DNA of 52,330 nt from contig SVQR01000003.1 of the NCBI GenBank assembly GCA_015065225.1, positions 1 through 52,330 of the forward strand, in the 5' to 3' direction. Below, one piece after another: positions 47,523-52,330 of this stretch (its first letter is position 1; every line of letters begins with the position of its first letter). Origin of the DNA: Oscillospiraceae bacterium (GTDB taxonomy: Bacteria; Bacillota; Clostridia; Oscillospirales; CAG-382). The position numbers and the translations under genes are program-made. Under the pieces are notes generated by a model. The model was not told the DNA's origin. It worked only from the letters and a program-made list of their open reading frames with translations, and made no database searches.

Positions 47523-47705
47523 CCTAAAATGCATTATAATCGCTAGTATTGTGCAATGATATGATGAACTCATATGCCCATTCGACAAAAAGCGCTGAGT
47601 TTTTTTGTTGTGAGTATTTGAGAACTTTGTATCGAAACTGCTCGAAATTTCAGCGATTTGAACAATAAAAGCGGAAAAATAAAACCCTAAGTTTAAGGAG
47701 TGTGA

Positions 47706-50700
47706 TTGCTAATTATGGTAAAACCCGTAAAACTCGGAAAGACCGTAAGACAGAGCTTTTCCAAGATCAACGAACTGCTCGAAATGCCCAACCTTATCGA
47801 AGTCCAGAAGGAATCCTTCGATTGGTTTGTAAAAGAGGGTCTTCGTGAAGTGCTTGAGGATGTTTCTCCTCTCGTTGACTATTCCGGAAATCTCAACATC
47901 GAATTTATCGACTATTCCATCGGCGCAAAGACAAAGTATCCCGTCGAGGAATGCAAGGAACGTGACGTCAACTATGCAGCACCTCTTGAAGTTAAGGTAA
48001 GACTTTCAAATAAGCTCACCGGTGAAGTTACCGACTCAAAGGTATTCATGGGTGATATCCCGCTTATGACAGAGACAGGTACCTTTGTTATCAACGGTGC
48101 GGAAAGAGTTATTGTGTCCCAGATTGTCCGTTCTCCCGGTATCTATTATGAATCGGCAACAGATAAGTCGGATAAGAAGACCTTTGCAACAACCGTTATC
48201 CCTTACAGAGGTGCATGGCTTGAGTACGAAACAGATGCAAATGACATCTTCTATGTAAGAATAGATAAGAACAGAAAGCTCCCCGTTACGGTACTTATAA
48301 GAGCTCTCGGCGTAGGTGCTGACAATCAGTCCCGTGATGACGACGTTATTGCTGTGTTCGGCGATGACATCAAGGTGCTTGAGACACTCAAGAAGGATAC
48401 ATCCGAAACAGATGCCCTCAAGAGCGGTACAACTCCCAGAGAGGAAGCACTCAAGGAGATCTACAAGAAGCTCCGTCCCGGTGATCCGCCTCTTGTTGAA
48501 TCCGCAGAGCTTCTCCTGCATAACCTCTTCTTTGATCCCAAGCGTTACGATATTTCCGCTGTCGGACGTTATAAGTTCAATAAGAAGCTTTCCATCGCGA
48601 AGAGAATTGCAGGCTTTGAGCTTGCAGAGGATGTGTTCTCTCCCTTTACCGGCGAATGTCTCTTTGAAAAGGGAAAGATCCTTACAAAGGCTGATGCTGA
48701 AGCTATAGAGAACGCAGGTGTCTGCGAGGCTTACATCATGTCCAACGAGATCAACACCGAACCTGTAAAGTTCAAGGTGTTCACCAACGGTGCGATAGAT
48801 ATATATGCTCTTGAAGCAGGTATCATCCCCAAGGATTACGATCTTTCATCCCTTGAAATCACCGAAAAGGTGAACGGTGCTGTTCTCAAGGAAATCCTTG
48901 ATGCGACAGACAATGAAAAGGACTTCCTTGATCAGTTTGAGCTTCGTCGCGATGAACTCATTCCCAGACACATTACAAAAGAAGATATATTTGCTACAAT
49001 AAACTATCTCCTTTGTCTTGTCCATAACTCCGGTACGGTTGATGATATCGACCATCTCGGCAACCGTCGTCTCAGATGTGTAGGTGAGCTTCTTCAGAAC
49101 CAGATGAGAATAGGCTTTGCGAGAATGGATAAGATAGTCAAGGAAAGAATGACCATGCAGGATCAGGATAATATGAAGGTACAGAACCTCATTAATATCC
49201 GTCCTATCGTATCCGCAATAAAGGAATTCTTCGGATCATCTCCTCTTTCCCAGTTCATGGATCAGTCCAACCCTCTTGCGGAGCTTACTCATAAGAGAAG
49301 ACTTTCCGCTCTCGGTCCGGGCGGTCTCTCAAGAGACAGAGCATCCTTTGAAGTTCGAGACGTACATTATACCCATTACGGAAGAATGTGTCCCATCGAG
49401 ACTCCCGAAGGTCCTAACATCGGTCTTATTTCCTACCTTTCAACATATGCTAAGATCAACAAGTTCGGCTTTATAGAAGCTCCTTACCGTAAGGTCGACA
49501 AGGAGACAGGCAGAGTTACCGAAGAAGTTGTATATATGACAGCGGACGTGGAAGACCAGTACGTTGTTGCTCAGGCTAACGAACCTCTTACAGACGAAGG
49601 CTACTTCGTAAATAAGAGAGTAACGGTTCGTAACAGGGAAGAAATCCTTGAAGTCGATATGGAAAAGGTCGACTACATGGACGTATCTCCCAAGATGGTG
49701 GTATCCGTTGCAACAGCCTGCATCCCCTTCCTTGAAAACGACGACAACACCAGAGCTCTGATGGGTTCAAACATGCAGAAGCAGGCAGTTCCGCTTATGA
49801 TGTGCGACAATCCTATCGTAGCTACAGGTATGGAATACAAGGCAGCCGTTGACTCGGGCGTTGTTATCTGCGCAAACGAGGACGGTGTCGTAACAAAGGT
49901 AACATCCGACTATATCAAGATCATGGACGATCTTGGCAACGAACACGTTTATGAGCTTCTCAAGTTCAAACGTTCCAACCAGGGCACTTGTGTTAACCAG
50001 AGACCTATCGTTGACTCCGGCGAAAGAGTTACAAAGGGTCAGGTAATTGCAGACGGTCCCGCAACAAAGAACGGCGAGATAGCCCTCGGTAAGAACGCCC
50101 TCATCGGCTTCATGACCTGGGAAGGCTACAACTACGAGGACGCCGTACTCCTTAACGAAAATCTCGTAAGAAATGACGTTTATACCTCTATCCATATAGA
50201 AGAATATACACACGAAGCCAGAGATACAAAGCTCGGTCCGGAAGAGATCACTCGCGAGATCCCCAATGTCGGTGAGGATGCTCTCAAGAACCTTACACTT
50301 GACGGTATCATCTGTAAGGGTGCCGAGGTTCAGGCGGGCGATATTCTTGTAGGTAAGGTAACACCCAAGGGTGAAACAGAGCTTACCGCAGAAGAAAGAC
50401 TTCTCCGCGCTATCTTCGGTGAAAAGGCAAGGGAAGTAAGAGATACATCTCTCAGAGTTCCTCACGGTGAATCCGGTATCATCCTTGATGTAAGGGAATT
50501 CACAAGAGAGAACGGCGACGAGCTGGGTCCGGGTGTAAACAAGGTAGTCAAGATCTACATCGCACAGAAGAGAAAGATCTCTGTAGGTGACAAGATGGCG
50601 GGTCGTCACGGTAATAAGGGTGTCGTTTCACGTATCCTTCCTCCCGAAGATATGCCCTTCCTTGCAGACGGTACTCCTCTTGATATAGTTCTTAATCCTC

Positions 50701-51461
50701 TGGGCGTTCCTTCCCGAATGAATATCGGACAGGTGCTTGAAGTGCATCTCGGTATTGCGGCAAAGAAGCTCGGATGGAAGATAATGACTCCCGTATTTGA
50801 CGGTGCAAACGAAAAGGATATCGAAGAGTGTCTCAAGATGGCAGGTATGTCCGAGGACGGAAAGTCCATACTTTACGACGGACGTACAGGTGAGAGATTT
50901 GATAACCCCGTAACTGTAGGTATCATGTATTACCTCAAGCTCCACCACCTTGTTGATGATAAGATCCATGCTCGTTCCACAGGTCCTTATTCACTTGTAA
51001 CTCAGCAGCCTCTGGGCGGTAAGGCTCAGTTCGGCGGTCAGAGATTCGGTGAAATGGAAGTTTGGGCACTTGAGGCGTACGGTGCGGCTTATACACTTCA
51101 GGAAATACTCACAGTGAAGTCGGACGACGTTGTGGGACGTGTAAAGGCATACGAAGCTATCGTCAAGGGACAGAATATCCCCACTCCCGGTGTTCCCGAA
51201 TCCTTCAAGGTGCTTGTGCGTGAGCTTCAGTCTCTTGCTCTCGACATTCAGATACTTGACAATGACGGCAACGAGATAAGACTCAAGGATTACTCGGACG
51301 ACACAGAAATGCTCCGTAACATTCCCGGTTCTTCCGAAGATTTCGCAAAGGACGAGGAATATGTTACAAACGAAGATGAACTTGCAGGAAGCTTCAGAAC
51401 AGGTGAGGCCGACGAAATGGACTCTGACGCAGATCTCGATTTCGGCGACGGTCAGGAATGA
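47706..51461 (+). CDS. rpoB: DNA-directed RNA polymerase subunit beta
   Basis: [64 protein letters not shown]; start is TTG 47706 or ATG 47715. Confidence 0.99.
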   Translation: MLIMVKPVKLGKTVRQSFSKINELLEMPNLIEVQKESFDWFVKEGLREVLEDVSPLVDYSGNLNIEFIDYSIGAKTKYPVEECKERDVNYAAPLEVKVRLSNKLTGEVTDSKVFMGDIPLMTETGTFVINGAERVIVSQIVRSPGIYYESATDKSDKKTFATTVIPYRGAWLEYETDANDIFYVRIDKNRKLPVTVLIRALGVGADNQSRDDDVIAVFGDDIKVLETLKKDTSETDALKSGTTPREEALKEIYKKLRPGDPPLVESAELLLHNLFFDPKRYDISAVGRYKFNKKLSIAKRIAGFELAEDVFSPFTGECLFEKGKILTKADAEAIENAGVCEAYIMSNEINTEPVKFKVFTNGAIDIYALEAGIIPKDYDLSSLEITEKVNGAVLKEILDATDNEKDFLDQFELRRDELIPRHITKEDIFATINYLLCLVHNSGTVDDIDHLGNRRLRCVGELLQNQMRIGFARMDKIVKERMTMQDQDNMKVQNLINIRPIVSAIKEFFGSSPLSQFMDQSNPLAELTHKRRLSALGPGGLSRDRASFEVRDVHYTHYGRMCPIETPEGPNIGLISYLSTYAKINKFGFIEAPYRKVDKETGRVTEEVVYMTADVEDQYVVAQANEPLTDEGYFVNKRVTVRNREEILEVDMEKVDYMDVSPKMVVSVATACIPFLENDDNTRALMGSNMQKQAVPLMMCDNPIVATGMEYKAAVDSGVVICANEDGVVTKVTSDYIKIMDDLGNEHVYELLKFKRSNQGTCVNQRPIVDSGERVTKGQVIADGPATKNGEIALGKNALIGFMTWEGYNYEDAVLLNENLVRNDVYTSIHIEEYTHEARDTKLGPEEITREIPNVGEDALKNLTLDGIICKGAEVQAGDILVGKVTPKGETELTAEERLLRAIFGEKAREVRDTSLRVPHGESGIILDVREFTRENGDELGPGVNKVVKIYIAQKRKISVGDKMAGRHGNKGVVSRILPPEDMPFLADGTPLDIVLNPLGVPSRMNIGQVLEVHLGIAAKKLGWKIMTPVFDGANEKDIEECLKMAGMSEDGKSILYDGRTGERFDNPVTVGIMYYLKLHHLVDDKIHARSTGPYSLVTQQPLGGKAQFGGQRFGEMEVWALEAYGAAYTLQEILTVKSDDVVGRVKAYEAIVKGQNIPTPGVPESFKVLVRELQSLALDIQILDNDGNEIRLKDYSDDTEMLRNIPGSSEDFAKDEEYVTNEDELAGSFRTGEADEMDSDADLDFGDGQE

Positions 51462-51568
51462 TATCCGCACACCGATCGAGATAAAAAGAACAGAGCAACA
51501 TCTTGCGTAAACGAAAATTAACGGGTGGATATACACCTGTGACTACAAGTAAAGGAGCGCATATATAG

Positions 51569-52330
51569 ATGGATCAGATGCAGCATAATGAATTTGATGC
51601 AATAAAAATCGGTCTTGCCGACCCTGATATGATACGTCAGTGGTCATACGGCGAGGTTAAAAAAGCCGAAACAATAAACTACCGTACACAGAAGCCTGAA
51701 AAAGAGGGTCTGTTCTGCGAAAAAATCTTCGGACCGACAAAAGACCTTGAGTGTAGCTGCGGCAAGTACAAGAGAGTACGCTACAAGGGCAAGGTCTGCG
51801 AAAAGTGCGGTGTTGAGATAACCACAAACAAGGTAAGAAGAGAAAGAATGGGACATATCGAGCTCGCAGCTCCCGTATCCCATATCTGGTACTTCAAGGC
51901 TATTCCCTCAAGAATGGGACTTCTCCTTGATATTTCTCCCAAGATACTTGAAAAGGTATTGTACTTCGCTCAGTTTATCGTAACAGATCCCGGTGTTGGT
52001 ACAAACCTCATCCTCGGTCAGCCCCTTACAATGGAAGAATATGCCGACAGACGCGAAAAGTTCGGCAACGGCTTCAAAGCAGAGATGGGCGCAGAGGCAA
52101 TAAAGGCTCTTCTTCAGCAGATAGACTGCGAAAAGCTCGCAGAGCAGCTGAAAGCCGAGCTTGCCGAATCCACAGGACAGAAGCAGGTAAGGATAGTAAA
52201 GAGACTGGAAGTTGTTGAAGCTTTCAGAAAGAGCGGCAACAAGCCCGAATGGATGATCCTTGACGTCATTCCGGTAATTCCTCCGGAAATTCGTCCTATG
52301 GTACAGCTTGACGGTGGCAGATTTGCAACA
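51569..52330 (+). CDS. rpoC: DNA-directed RNA polymerase subunit beta', 5' part (runs off the window; absent from the ORF track)
   Basis: My translation: [61 protein letters not shown]; AAGGAG upstream. Confidence 0.98.
   Translation, partial: MDQMQHNEFDAIKIGLADPDMIRQWSYGEVKKAETINYRTQKPEKEGLFCEKIFGPTKDLECSCGKYKRVRYKGKVCEKCGVEITTNKVRRERMGHIELAAPVSHIWYFKAIPSRMGLLLDISPKILEKVLYFAQFIVTDPGVGTNLILGQPLTMEEYADRREKFGNGFKAEMGAEAIKALLQQIDCEKLAEQLKAELAESTGQKQVRIVKRLEVVEAFRKSGNKPEWMILDVIPVIPPEIRPMVQLDGGRFAT

Noticed and set aside
48036-51883. Several minus-strand ORFs inside rpoB and rpoC
   Set aside because: Antisense shadows of conserved housekeeping genes
1-52330. CRISPR array, cas or defence genes, prophage, rRNA, tRNA
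   Set aside because: No regularly spaced repeats or diagnostic motifs seen by eye; dedicated scans were not run

Overview
A 52-kb chromosomal segment from a spore-forming Clostridia-like bacterium (Firmicutes-type sigma-A promoters and SD sites, SLH and dockerin-like proteins, a spoIVFB-like gene, RpoB motif [10 protein letters not shown]). About 40 kb is carbohydrate-catabolic accessory DNA: cytoplasmic glycosidases (GH51, GH31, GH127-like, GH3, a clan GH-D-like orphan, two BNR/sialidase-like proteins), five Gfo/Idh/MocA oxidoreductases, six AraC-type HTH proteins, esterase/acyltransferase genes and an orphan glycyl-radical enzyme. Also present: three secreted modular proteins (one SLH/beta-helix protein, two with cohesin-like and dockerin-like modules), ruvX, a small alarmone synthetase, a decayed IS3 end, rpoB and the 5' part of rpoC. 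I saw no CRISPR array, rRNA or tRNA. Most notable: a sialidase-fold/AraC fusion with an HTH-only paralog, an amidohydrolase/N-acyltransferase fusion, an activase-less glycyl-radical enzyme, a 1562-aa surface protein ending in cohesin-X-dockerin-like modules, and a candidate minus-strand structured RNA upstream of rpoB. All calls come from reading motifs by eye; no database search was run.
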